This document shows, in pieces, positions 13,050 to 26,773 of a stretch of DNA of 64,000 nt. The stretch spans positions 127,038,001-127,102,000 of the forward strand of contig OZ024742.1 in the NCBI GenBank assembly GCA_964016885.1, read 5' to 3'. The notes under the pieces were generated by a model. It did not search any database. It saw only the letters and a list, made by a program, of their open reading frames with translations, and was not told where the DNA came from. Position numbers and translations under genes: made by a program. This DNA comes from Eledone cirrhosa. Its lineage: Eukaryota. The stretch's first letter is position 1. Every line of letters starts with the position of its first letter.

Positions 13050-13220
13050 GAAAGGTGTCCTTGACCCTAGGGCTACCTCCCTATTTACCACCATAGACGT
13101 GGAGTTGGCGATCGGCAGGTGTGAGCCTCGCGAGATGGAATAGCTCTTCCACTGCATCTCCTTTACCATCCTCCGAGGTAACGCCTTCTCCATTCTGTCC
13201 ACCGGGGCTGTGGGGCGGCC
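13050..13220 (+). mobile_element. CRE-clade (restriction-like endonuclease) retrotransposon 3' fragment
   Basis: Frame reads LDPRATSLFTTI...EPREME*LFHCISFTILRGNAFSILSTG, matching the FQRIS..I.RGNA.SI C-terminus of CRE elements. Confidence 0.7.
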
Positions 13221-14004
13221 AGTACGTGGGACCCCATTTGCTCATAATAGTGAAAGATGGGAAGGGCGAGAGAGATGGAGGCGATGACAGTGGGGGTTCG
13301 GCTCTTCTGTATTCGGACCTGGTGTACAGCATCAGTTATCCGTAAATTCTCTACTGATAATAGCGTCAGTTAACCGTACATTTGTAATACAAATTATCAT
13401 TACAGTCCCCTCATATTATCTGGGGTTTTGTAATATTACAAGATCAAACGTTCCCCACATATCAACTACACCCTGGTTCTATGATACAAAGATATTTATT
13501 TTAAAGTGTCTGTCTCTCTATTTGCTGCAGCTCTCTGCATTCTCAGTTCAGACCCTGTCAATTTTCAAGATCGGTCGATAAATAAAGTACTAGTCATGTA
13601 CTGGATTCGATCACTTCCCCTCTTTCTATCTATCTATTAATCTTCACCTATCTCTCCTCGACACCTCGTTATCTCTCTATCTAGCTATTAACTATCTATC
13701 TATCTCCCCCACCTAGATAAATAGCTGTCATCTATCTATCTATCTATTTATCTAGCTAGCTAGCTATCTAACTACCTCATTTCTATCTCTCTATTTAGGT
13801 TTTATTTATCCACCTACCGCCTCCCTTCCGCTCTCTCCCTATTTCCTCCCCCCTTCCTTTCGTTCCTCTCATTCCTTTCGTTCTCCCCCTCACTCTCTCG
13901 CTCAACCTTTCGAGATCGCTCGATAAATAAAGTGCTAATCCAATACTGGGTTCAATTCTCTTTCTTTCCCTCTCTGTCTATTTATCTCCACCTATCTCTC
14001 TCCC

Positions 14005-16690
14005 TTGCCCCGGCACTTAGGAGTGGCAACGTAGCCAGCGTGCTAGCGACGAGAACGGCCTTGGACCAGTTCTTCGACGCAAAGCACGAAGGCTGCGTTG
14101 TCAGAAGCAAAATACGTCCTCTGGGAAACGAGGGAGCCAAAGCTGTTAGCTGGGCCCGAGTGACGGAGGCGAAAAGTGGCAACAAGTCCACGATTCGGTC
14201 TTTGAAGGACGCGTGATACGTATGCCGAAGCAGATGTGCACGGCCTTTCAGCGGCACTTTGCTCAACTGTTCGGTCAGGGCGGCGCGGTGGGAGGGGCTA
14301 TGGATTTCGGTTCATACCTCGACGGCCTGCCGCGGCTCTCGGACAGCGAGGCGAAGTTCTGCGAAAGGCCGATTTCGGCCGCTGAGATAGGGGACGCGCT
14401 GAGCCAATGCGGCAAACGCAAATCTCCATGTCTCGACGGTCTACCCTACGAATTTTACGTAGCAATGCCGGACTTGTTCTCTGTTCTCTTGGAAGCGGTC
14501 TACTGCAACTGGCAGCAGAACGGGAGAATTCCCAGTTCTGTGACCAAGGGCGTAGTCACGCTAGTCACGAACGTCGAGAATAAGGGGGATGACATAGGCA
14601 ACTTCCGGCCCATAACTCTGCTAAACACAGATTTACAGATTTTGGCCAAGGTGTTGGCAAAGAGGCTGGCGCATGTCGTCGAAAACCTGGTGGGAGAAGC
14701 GCAGACATGCGCAATCCCGACCAGGTCCATACACGACAACCTCCACCTCATGCGATACATCGTAGAGAGGGTAGGGAGTAACCCGGCTTCAGTGGGGCCC
14801 TGATCAACTTGGATCAGTCTAAGGCTTTCGATAGGGTTGACCATCGTTATCTGGATGCGGTGTTCGAGGCGGCAGGCTTCGGACCCGTGTTCAGAGGCTG
14901 GGTTGCTGCAATGCACAACAGCAACATCTGCTCAAGGGTCAAGGTGAACGGCTACCTCTCGGAGCCGTTTCATATCACGCGATCCATCCAACAGGGATAC
15001 CCTCTCTCCTCCCTTCTGTACGTACTGACTCTCGAGCCACTACTGCGGAAGTTGGAGCTATTGCAGGGCATCCTTCTGGAACCGGGACTGCGGAAAGCGG
15101 CGTCGGCCTACGCCGACGACGTGGCAGTAATGGTGTCGAGCACCTCGCAAATCGAGGAAGTCGGCACCCTACTAAAGGAATACGGAAGGTTCACAGGAGC
15201 GAAGCTGAACCGGGACAAGTCCACCGGTTTGCAACTCGGATCGTGGAGAGGCAGACCGATGCCTTCCGATGGCGTCGTCGGACACTGGACGGAAGGACCG
15301 GTGAAGCTGCTCGGGGTCTAGTTTGGTCCGGACCTCCAGGTGGAGAAGAACTAGAACGAGGTGACGGCCAGAAGTGGGCCGAGTGCAAACTATCCTTGAA
15401 AGGTCGAGCGGAGGTGGCGAACACTTTTATAGCGTCCGTCATCTACTACCGCTTGACCGTCGTGCCTTGTCCAGCCAAAACGCTCACCAAAATGGAGCGC
15501 GGGCTCTTCCAATTCCTTTGGAAGAAGCGGGCGTCTTTGGTGAGAAGATCCATCTGCTGCCAACACCCTTCCAACGGAGGGATGGGGATGCCGTGGCTGA
15601 AGATGCGTCAACACACGCTCAGGCTGCGGCACCTCAACGTATTCCTTACCGGACAACCGGTGTGGGCCCCGTGAGGCGAGCCTTGCCACGACTCGTCTCG
15701 CTGGCCGAGCTGCAGTCCTGGGTCAAGCAAAGACCGAGGAAAATGGGCGACTGGCACATCGGATGTGCTCAGGCGCTCACAGCCCTCTGGCAGGCGGACC
15801 CGGCGATCAGTGGAGATTCCACTCCGTCATTCTATAGAGGGTTGGCCCGCAGCAAGTGCGACAACGCGCTCTGAGAAACTCTAGGCGTAGAGGAAGACGA
15901 ATTGGCCAGTCTGTTCGGTAGGACCTTCCGCCCGGGACCGATGGACAACTTCCAAAAGTCCCTGGCCTGGCAGTGCTACCGAGGAGCTCTACCAGTTCGA
16001 GACAAGCTCTACAGACACGGGCGTCCGGGCAGGGACCCCTCGAAAAAGATCTGTCCGTGATGCGTGCGAGACGAAGAAACCGTCGCGCACGCATTCGTAC
16101 ACTGCCCGGGCGTTACCGACCTGTGGGGCTATGTAGAACGACTATTGTCGCGGGTGGGACCGATCCGGTTGACCACCGAGTCCATCGTCATGATCAAACC
16201 GCCACCCTCCTTCAAAAACGAAGGAAAGGCGGTTTTCCTTTGTGTGATAGCTATGGCGAAAGAGGTTGTATGGTGGACGAGGTTAAAAGGGCTGAGGTCA
16301 GAGACCTTTCTCTCCGGCCAACAACTGATTCTTTTTTTTCAAATACCACTTTAGAAGAAGCGTCAGGATGGAGAGAGAGGTGCTGTACCCCAGTAAGTTT
16401 TATGAAAGGTGGGTGAAAGTGGCGAGAATGGCCCGAGTGAATGGACCTTCTCTCTATATCAGCCTGTAGGTTGAGGAAAAAGAGGAAGAGAGGAAAGGGG
16501 TACAAACTCTTCGTACTCCTGGAGATGAGGGTTGCACATTTTTTCGGGGTTATGTGTTACCCATATGTAATAAAATCAATTAATTTTTAAATTGCATTTG
16601 TGATAATATTTTACACGTTTTTATTGCATGTAAACTTCCCCCTTTGTATTGTCCCCTTTTGTGTGCTCCTATGGCTAATAAAGAAACATA
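14005..16690 (+). mobile_element. Tx1/L1-clade LINE copy 3, containing RT (pseudogenised)
   Basis: KSPCLDGLPYEFY, NFRPITLLNTD, DQSKAFDRV, QGYPLS, AYADD, Zn-knuckle; stops and frameshifts; very similar to copy 1; followed by (TATC)n. Confidence 0.95.
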
Positions 16691-17074
16691 TTTATCTATC
16701 TATCTGTCTATCTATCTATCTTATCACCCTCACGCCACCTCTCTACTCCTCGATCTAACTGTTATCTATCTATATCTCCCCGCTCTCTCTATCCCTTCCT
16801 CACGCATCCAACCTTTCTCTCTCATCCCTCTTCCTCATTCTGTTTCTCCCTCCTACTCTCTCTCCTCTTCACTCGCTCTGGAAGAAATCGGCTGTGTTCC
16901 GACAAGGAGAGGGATTGACCCCGCCGTGTGTCATGGCGGCACCTCAACAACTCGATCAAGTGTTAAGGCGGCCATTTTCTTCTTTCTTTCTTATATTTCT
17001 CTAAAAACATTCCATCATAGATTAATGCCACATCTTCCAAACATCACATCTTTTATTATTTTCAAAATTACTGT

Positions 17075-17262
17075 AGATTGGCAGTATCGGTAGAGGGTCG
17101 GACGCCATGCTTTGACGCATAGAGTTACAGCCCTTGCCATTCTGAGTACAAATCCCGCCGAGGTTAACTTTGCCTTTCATCCTTACGGAGTCGATAAAAT
17201 AAAGTACCAGTAATGCACTGGATAATTGCTGGCCTTGTGCCAAGAAGTAGAAACAATTATTT
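17075..17262 (+). mobile_element. Major SINE family, near full-length
   Basis: Head, core and tail all present. Confidence 0.92.
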
Positions 17263-17404
17263 TCAAAATTACTTGAAATTCAAAGACATCGTCTTTCATA
17301 AGAAATGTGGTATCGAAAACGTTTTTCTTTCTTTTATCCCGTATTTCCTAGGGGATTCATAGGGGCACTGTATTTACATACGGCTTTTCTAGGGCAATTG
17401 TTAA

Positions 17405-17646
17405 CCTGGCGTAGCCCATCTCTCTCCAGGTCTGAATACAGCAGATTTCTTCCACAGAAAGATAGAGAATTGGAGAATGAAAACAAGAGATATAGAGAAA
17501 GAATTGACTCCAGTACTAGACTGTCACTTTTTTAATCTCGAATTAATGAAAGGGAAAGTTGACCTAGGCAGGATTTGAACTCGGAGAGCAGAGAACGGAA
17601 ACCAATGTTGCAAAGCATTCCATACGACATTCAAACAACACCGCCT
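17405..17646 (-). mobile_element. SINE variant with extended 3' module (TCTGTGGAAGAAATCTGCTGTATTCAGACCTGGAGAG)
   Basis: Same module recurs at 16875, 19915-20050 (-), 40530 and 60535, often after the SINE core. Confidence 0.65.
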
Positions 17647-17806
17647 TCAATGAGATGGTTACAATCTATTGGCTACTATTATTCGGCAGATTGGAAGGGA
17701 GTAGTGAGCAACTATTGATGCGTCATAAAATCAAGGAAACTACTCCATGTTATCTTTATTCCAAGCTGCCGAAAAGCCCTATGAATTTATGTGTGGTATA
17801 TGTGCA

Positions 17807-17886
<80 letters not shown>

Positions 17887-17979
17887 TGTGTGTGCGTGTG
17901 CATGTGGCAGTGTATGTTTATGTATCTGAGTGTAGTATGTGTTTGTGTGTGTTTGTGTCTGTCTGTGTATATATTTATA

Positions 17980-18395
17980 TATCTATGTGGTATATGTATG
18001 TATATCTATGTGATATGTATGTATATCTATGTGGTATGTATATATATCTATGTGGTATATGTCTGTATCTATATCCATGTGGTATATGTCTGTATGTATA
18101 GCTACGTGGTATATGTCTGTATGTATATCTATGTGGTATATGTCTGTATGTATATATATGTGGTATGTATGTATATCTATGTGGTATATGTCTGTATCTA
18201 TATCCATGTGGTATATGTCTGTATGTATATCTATGTGATATGTATGTATATCTATGTGGTATATGTCTGTATGTATATCTGTGGTATATGTCTGTATGTA
18301 TAGCTACGTGGTATATGCCTGTATGTATATCTATGTGGTATGTATGTATATCTATGTGGTATATGTCTGTATATATATCTATGTGGTAGATGCCT
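17980..18395. repeat. Degenerate 24-28 bp minisatellite (ATCTATGTGGTATATGTCTGTATGTAT)
   Basis: Visible tandem units. Confidence 0.9.
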
Positions 18396-18504
18396 GTATA
18401 TATATATATATATATATATACATATAGTGTGTGTATGTGTATGTTTGTGCGTGTCAGTGTATGTATCTCTGTAATCTATGAGTGTTTGTGTAGGTGTGAG
18501 TGAA

Positions 18505-18800
18505 TGCATGCGGCTAAGGATGTTCGGTGCTCGATCGCAAGGTCGTTAGTTCAAATTTCAGCGGCTCATTGTGTCCTTGAGCAAGAAATTTTATTTTACG
18601 TTGCTCCAGTCCACTCCGCTGAAAGAAAAATTAGTTTTAACTTTACTTCATCTTTGTTACACACTATATTGCGAGAACTACGTTAAGGGTGCACGTGTTT
18701 GTGGTGTAATGCTCACGAATTACACATTCATTTCACGAACAGGCTGTTCTGTTGTTCGAAAAACTGGAGTATACATCCTTAGACCCGATGGAGTTCCAAG
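18505..18800 (+). mobile_element. CORE-like tRNA-derived SINE (second family)
   Basis: TGTGTCCTTGAGCAAG core after a tRNA-like head; related copies at 25700-26030 (-), 39310-39440 (-), 42017-42130 (+). Confidence 0.7.
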
Positions 18801-18883
18801 TCACACATAAACATAGAAACACACACACATACGCACGCACACTCCCACACACAACACACACCCACACATACATATATATATAT

Positions 18884-19179
18884 ATATTGAAAGGATAACA
18901 AGGACGATTGGTCACTCCTTCACCACATTTATTGGCAGGTGATGCGTGCCTCGCCACTAACCAGCTCAAGACCCGATCTGCATCGATCCTACCCGACTCA
19001 ATAATCGGCAGCGCGACGGAACCTTTAAAATGGTATGTGGTGAGGGAGTGACCAATCGTCCTTGTTATCTTTTCAATATAATACACTCTGTATAGCTCTA
19101 CACCTCAACAGAGAAGTGAACCTAAACATCGAGTGCTCACCCGGGTGAACCTGCAGTAACTCCAGGTTACACTCCCTAG

Positions 19180-19180
<1 letters not shown>
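18884..19180. mobile_element. PLE terminal fragment family C, fold-back, between (TA)n tracts
   Basis: Inverted arms 18884-18927/19036-19080; homologous to 21690-21800, 22228-22325 and 45401-45675. Confidence 0.7.
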
Positions 19181-19218
<38 letters not shown>

Positions 19219-19367
19219 TGTCAAGGTTCAGTCACGTGCACGCTAATTTCACCTCAATTTCGAAAAATTGGAACACTCCGTTAGAACCGACAAGGATCCA
19301 ACAACAATTCTATCAAAGCAGCCCTCAGACTATGCAGCAGCAGCAAAAACAAAAACAAGAACAACAG

Positions 19368-19429
<62 letters not shown>

Positions 19430-19440
19430 ACTACTACTAT

Positions 19441-19478
<38 letters not shown>

Positions 19479-20739
19479 TTACTACTACTACTACTACTAC
19501 TACTACCGCAACAACAACAAAAACAACCTGGCAACTAATTTCCTGAATCGATAAATTTAATGAGTAGTGTTAATGGATTTTAATTGATTAACATTTATCT
19601 CCCCTGTCTTACTTGATCAGAATTAACTACCAAGCTAATGATTCTTTCCTCTCCTTGCGGATGTGATTTTAATTAATTAAAATATCTTTCGAAATTAATG
19701 TGAAATTAGCGTGCATGTGATTGAACCTGCCATAGACATGTGTACCGTTAACGTAGTTCTCAGGGAGATTCAGTGTGAATTTCCAGAGACAAGTTGATTA
19801 CTTGCCATTTGAATGGACTGGAGCGACATGTAATATCGCCTTATTCAAGAACACCACATATTGTCGTAGGGGCGCCGTATCGACATAGTTTTACTATGGC
19901 ATTAAAAACTGGCAGAGCGCATCGACTCTCCATGTCTGAATACAGCAGATTTCTTCCAGTGAAGGATAGAGAGTGGGAGAATGGAAGTGAGAAAGATATA
20001 TAAAGGAAGAATCGACCCAATAATACTGGACTGGTACTTTTTTATATCGACCTAGGATGAATAAATATACTGAACCTGATTAAGTGAACTTGTAATGAAA
20101 GATATTGTAAATGAAAATTTGTCGGTTTTTTTTTCTGTTGTTTTATGCATTGATGTATTCTAAGTGGCGTTAGGCGTCGGATTTTTTCCTACTTACTAAG
20201 CTCAAATCCCGAGTTCAAATCCCGACCAGATCAACTTTGCTAACTAAGACCGTCAAATAAAGTACCAGTCCAGTACTGGCGTCTTCTGTCTATCTGTATC
20301 ACGTTATCACTCTGCCTTTCTTATCGATTGTGTGTTCCAACCTGGAGAGCGATGGCGGCCGCCAGGTTCAACTTGTTCAAAACTGCCATGTGTCAGGAAT
20401 AACTCTTAAATTACTCCCACTACCGTCTTAAACCAAACATTTCACGAACAATGTGTGTGTATGTGTGTGTGCACGCGCGTGTGTGTGTGTGTATATATGT
20501 ATGTATGTCCAACTGCTTGGTACCTTTAGCAAGTACCACCTACCATAGCCTCGGATCGACATGAGTCTTGTAAGTGAAATTTGGCAGACAAAACTATGCC
20601 GAATCCCGCTAGAGGACCTTTTTTTTCTTCGTTTGGATTCTCTAGTGGAACCACCTCTGTCCTTCTGATGAAATCATTTCAATAACAAAACAATACAATA
20701 TCACATATCAATAACTAACAAATGTTATTATTAATTGTA

Positions 20740-21130
20740 AGGGCGGTGGATTGGCAGTATCGGTAGAGGGTCGGACGCCATGCTTTCCAGCATAGTTACG
20801 TCCCTTTACGGTCTGAGTTCAAATCCCGCCGAGGTTGACTTTGCCTTTCATCCTTACGGGGTCGATAAAATAAAGTACCAGTAATGCACTGGGTAATTGC
20901 TGGCCTTGTGCCTAAAGTAGAAACAATTATTAATTGTTTGGGCGGTGGATTGGCAGTATCGGTAGAGGGTCGGACGCCATGTTTTGCAGTATAGAGTTAC
21001 GGCCCTTTATGATCTGAGTTCAAATCCCGCCGAGGTTAGCTTTGCCTTTCATCCTTACGGGGTCGATAAAATAAAGCCCTGTGACCGATTTAATCGACCT
21101 CCCCCTCCCTTCATATTGCTGGCCTTGTAT
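20740..21130 (+). mobile_element. Tandem pair of major-family SINEs
   Basis: Two head-to-tail copies starting GGGCGGTGGATTGGCAG. Confidence 0.92.
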
Positions 21131-21594
21131 ATTGATTTTGTTGCTTTTTTTTTTTTTTAAATATGTCATCTAAATTCTCCAAATGTAAACATAAGTACAC
21201 TACATACCTGTTATCATAACATGGTAGTTTTTCAAAACATGCCAGAGAAACGATTTAATGAAATTCCTAAACAACACAACCCAGTAACATATATGCATTT
21301 ATTATAAAATACCTAAGATTCTAGGGAGTCATTAACATTTACAAATATTCATATTTATCAACACTAATGATATATCTAGATTATGGAGGATAGTCAGTTG
21401 CACAATGAATATCGTTTAGACACAAGTATAATCGTGTGGTCTAAAGTTTCGTTTAGAAACAATTTGGTTCGTCTTGTGTGGTCGGGGGGGGGGGGGGGCG
21501 AACGGGAGTCACCTATGCTTTTACAGATGGATTTTTTGGTAGAGAAATATGTGCGGAAGGCTGTTGAATACTCAGACACTCTTACTCTCACACA

Positions 21595-21692
<98 letters not shown>

Positions 21693-21815
21693 CGAGGACG
21701 ATTTGTTAATCCTTCATTACGTTTATTGATTGGTAATCTGTATCGATCTGACCCGACTCTGGAATCAAAAGCTCATCGGACCTCGGTTGTAGTAACTTCA
21801 TGTTACACTCCCTGG

Positions 21816-21853
<38 letters not shown>

Positions 21854-21904
21854 GGGGGGGGGGGGAAGAGAGACAGAGAGGGGGAAGAGAGAGTTGGAGA
21901 GAGA

Positions 21905-22140
21905 TTGGGAGTTACCGGTTAGACTAGTAAGAATATATCCCCGAGTACTCAATACTTGAGAAAGTAGAGTGTATATATATAGTGAAAGGTTAGTGCCCAC
22001 TAACTTTTCCCTATATATATATATATATATATATAGGATAAAGCCCGACACCTCGAACTTTCTTTCCTTTTTTCTATATAAAGCCGCTCATATATAGATC
22101 TCCCTACCAGGGTTTCGTATCCGGAAAAATTCTGATATCC
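21905..22140 (-). mobile_element. PLE terminal fragment family G with HHR 3' half
   Basis: Minus strand GGATAC-GAAAC-CCTG-GTA/GGGAG, followed by the ACTC...TATTGAGTAC motif; broken by (TA)n. Confidence 0.55.
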
Positions 22141-22170
22141 ATATATATATATACATGTGTGTATGTGTGT

Positions 22171-22230
<60 letters not shown>

Positions 22231-22889
22231 ACAGAATTCTGTCATTACTGCTACGGGGGTCCGACGAGCTTTTGATTCCAGAGTCGGGCCAAATTGATAC
22301 AGATCGAACCTTGAACTGATCAGTGATTAGCGGCCTTTAGACTCATTTGATCAATGAAACAATTGTTAATACTGTAAATAAAACCCTTTTGTACAGCCAA
22401 CCATTCTTGACTCTTTCACTATTATTACTCCAAGAATAACCTGCATGGGAATTCTCGTAAACTCGCTACCTAACTAAGGAAACTTCTTGTTGAGTCAAAC
22501 AACGCCGTGCGTTAAAACTATCCACAGTACAGAGTACTCACAACCTCTAACTGGATGGATTACCTTAAAGGATAACTTTTTATACTATATATATATATGG
22601 ATACGATATTACCAATGGCGTAGCTTGAGTATGTGCTGCCCAGGCTAGACCTTGAGTTTGCAGCCTCAGTTTACCACCCCCATCCGCACAAACACATACT
22701 CAAACATACATATCCGAGCCAAATGGGCCGTCTCCATAAAACTCTCACCCGTGGCAGGCCACCCACACGCCCCTCCTCGCAGCTACGCTATAGGATGTTA
22801 CTGATTGAGTCTTGTAAAACAATTATTCAACTTAGTAATGTATACTTTAAAGAAAGTGCAGTGTAGATATAAATATAACTATAGATCCA

Positions 22890-23075
22890 ATGTGGACTCT
22901 CTCGGTCTTCACTTACTATCGTAATGTTGCAGCGCCGGTCACCTTCCACCATATTGCTCTCAAAGAGATTATAAAGTATAGCTTGGATACCACAGGCTTC
23001 CCTTCACAGCTCGAGCTAGCGAGGCTAGACCGAGGGGGCGGCAAAAAGCCAGACAGCATAACAATCTTTCTGTTT
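22890..23075 (+). mobile_element. CRE-clade RLE-domain fragment
   Basis: HIALKEIIKYSLDTTGFPSQLELARLDRGGGKKPDSITI resembles the RH..LN.II...L..AG.PS.LEP.GL.R.DGKRPDG motif. Confidence 0.75.
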
Positions 23076-23771
23076 CTTCGGTTGTTTGATTTCAAATTTA
23101 GGCACAATTTCAGCAAATTTAGGGGAAGAGCATAGTTGATCCAATCAACCCTAGTACTTGACTGGTATTTTATGTTATCGACTCTTAATGGATGAAAGTC
23201 AAAGTTGATCTTCGCCAGATTTGAACTTAGAATATAGCGAGTCAGAACAAATAGTTCAATGGCATTCTAAATCCAATCTATAATATTAGTTTCTGATTTA
23301 GGCATAAGGCTAATAATTTAGGGTCTATTAAATTGACTTTAATACCTTACTGGTGCTATATTTCATCGACCCAATAAGGATGAAGGGCAAAACTAAGCTC
23401 CTCGGGATTTGAACTCAGAACGTAAAGGGCCATAACTCCATAACTGTCCGACGTTCTACTGATACAACTAATCCCATCAAACTGAATAACCCAAAAGCTG
23501 GCGCCAGTAGAAATTCCCCCTCCCTCTGACTCTCTCGTCATTGATCTATCTATCTATCTACCTATCTGTATATCTATCTATATAAACATAGTTGTGTGAC
23601 CTCTGTTGGATGGCATTATGTCACCTAAACGTCTTTTGTTAACATCTAAACAACAAAGGTCATTTCATTGATTTTAAAGTAGAATTTTTACTAGCATCAG
23701 CTTTTGATTTTTCAGTTAATATCTATTATATTATATTATATTATATTATATTATATTATATTATATTAGAC

Positions 23772-23830
<59 letters not shown>

Positions 23831-24714
23831 ATATTATACGTATATATATATATATGAATTTATATGCATAGATGTATACACAGACTCGGATATATATTCA
23901 CTCGCATACATATAAATATATATATACGCACACACATCATGATTATGAGTGAGAGACTGAGAATGAGAAAAGTATTTACGTTTTAAAATGATAGATTTAG
24001 AGAATCAATGAATACTAACTAAGTGTATAACATCAACAAACAATATGTTGTATGTATTTATAACATGACACTGCAAAATTCGGACAAATACTGAATCTTT
24101 ATAACGTATTTTCATACTACGTGTGATTTTCGTTCTTTGGCGCAAAGTTAGTACCATGGAACAAACCAACTAAGAATAAATCAATAAATAATTCTATAAG
24201 AATCAGATATTACGTTCACTACTCATGCAACTAGCCTCATGGAGCGTAGCCGATCTACTTGCTAAAAATAGCAGTCAAAGATACCCTCAGACCCCATAAT
24301 GTCCTGTGCCACGTGTGGCCGCATTAGCAAGACATTCTTAAAATGTACAAAACAACACTATGACTGCATCTCGTGAGAAATTTGAGCTCTCATAGTAAAT
24401 TTTCACTATGATTTGTCCACTAGTAAAGATACTGTAAGCATTTGAATTAACAAACCCGTTTTTAGTGATATTATTGTCGCCTGGATTCTGAGTTCAAATT
24501 CCACCGAGGTTAACTTTGCCTTTCATCCTTACGGAGTCGATAAAATAAAGTACCAGTAATGCACTGGGATTATAGCAGGCCTTGTACCAAAAGTAGAAAC
24601 AATAATTGTCGGCTAAATCATTACAAGATGTTAAGAGTTAAGCAAGGAGGGATACGGTGGATAATTTTGTTAAATTATGTCGGAAGAAATGATAGGTTAT
24701 TCTCGGTCTTGAAC

Positions 24715-25290
24715 CTGCAAAGCTGGTAATAGACTCAGACACGATGCAAAATGTAGACTCCGCAAAGCTGGTAATAGACTCAGGCCCGTTATGAAATGTA
24801 GTCCCCTTTCAAAGCTGGTATTAGGCTCTGGCCAGTTATGAAACGTAGCCCCTTCTCGAAGCTGGTAATAACCTCTGGCCATATATGAAATGTAGCCCAC
24901 TATCACCACCACCACACACTGGTCATAGGCTCAGATCAGTTGTAAATAATATAATCGCCACCACAAACCAAGCTGGTAAAACCCCCAGGCCAGTTATGAA
25001 ATGTAGCCCACCTCCAAGCAGGTAATAATCCAAAGCCAGATGTGAAATGTAACCCTCACCCTAAACTGGTAAATATCCCAAAGCCATATGTGAAAAGTAG
25101 GCTCCCCAAAGTTGACATTAGACTCAGGTCATTTGGGAAATGCAATTCTCGCAACCACGACCTGCCGGAATTGCATTTCCCAAACAACAAAGCTGGTAAT
25201 AGGCTCTGACCAGATATCAAATGTATACCCTCGCTTCCAAACTGATAAAAGCCTCAAGTCAAACATGAAATGTAGGCCCCATTTCAAACT
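24715..25290. repeat. Degenerate minisatellite of about 45-55 bp (AAGCTGGTAATAGRCTCAGGCCAGTTATGAAATGTAGCCC)
   Basis: About 10 recognisable units. Confidence 0.85.
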
Positions 25291-26267
25291 GCCCTCTAAG
25301 TACTTTAGTAAACAGTGATAGCTATGATTTATATTTAGGTTACGAGTAACAGTGTTCATGATGTATCAACAAGTAACAGAACATAAGAATTAAAACTTGA
25401 GAGAAGTAGACACCTCAATTGGCCCACCTCCCGCCAAGAAATAGTAGTCAAAGATTACCTCAAATCTCATTATCAGCTATGAAAACAAAACATTGAATTA
25501 TGTATCCTAAATATACCGTGGTGGAAAGGAATGGGTAGTCACCTCTGGAACGCTTTTAACTAAAAATCAACAAAATTAGATTTGTTCCGTGATTAAGCAA
25601 CCATACTAATCGACTGTTTACACTGTTAGAAATAGAGGTAGAAAAAAAATTTCTTCAAAATCACACCCTACTTTAACAAGGATAATAACGGATATAGCCC
25701 ACCTTCGATCATGAATGACCATGGGATTTGTACTTAAAACGTTTCCCTCCGAGGCATACGTCTAAGCGAGGTTGTTTGTGGAAGAGCAGTAGTCACCCAC
25801 GCATATCGGTCTCCCCTCTCTTACGTTACCGATGTTGTCCAAGGGAAAGGCAATTGACGATACAGCTTGGCACCAATGGCGTCGCAACTCATTTCTACAG
25901 CTGAGTGAACTGAAGCAACGCGAAATAAAGTGTCTTGCTCAAGGACACAACGTATTGCTTGGTCGGGAATCAAATTCACAACCTCACGATTGCAAGCCCA
26001 ATCCTCTAACCACTAAGCCATGCGCCTTTACTAACAATCAAAATACACATTACATAATTACATTGCTTCTGGTTACACAGACACACAAACACACAGACAC
26101 ACAAACACACAGACACACAGACACACAGACACACACGCACACAGGCACACACACACACGTATATATATATATGTATATAACCAACACCTATTTCATTTAG
26201 TGTGTGTGTTTGAATGATTTAAATACTACGGCATTTTAAACAATATTCTTATATATATATATATATC

Positions 26268-26299
<32 letters not shown>

Positions 26300-26357
26300 G
26301 TATATAACCCTCAGTATTTATACATATATATTTATATATATATATAGACACACACAA

Positions 26358-26431
<74 letters not shown>

Positions 26432-26725
26432 TTCTGTGTGTGTGTATGTATATGTGTGTGTCTATATGTGTGTATGTGTGCGTGGTATATGAATTAGAGC
26501 CAACCAAACAAAAGTAAGGACTAAAACACCTGTTATTATTTGTATTGTACCAAGTACAATATTATAAAAATAAGCTTTCCTTTACTTAATCTTTTTGTTT
26601 GTTATAAGTGAATAATCATGCGTGTGGTTTAATCAGGAATCCCTGACTCCACCAAAACTACTAAATTGCATTTATTCGTCTAACAGTATATATATATACA
26701 CACACATATATATATGTCCCCCAAA

Positions 26726-26773
<48 letters not shown>

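Noticed and set aside
18936-18975. GGT/ACC stem I as covariation support for the short-core HHR
   Set aside because: The G bases are private A-to-G changes of this copy; sister copies have AAC.
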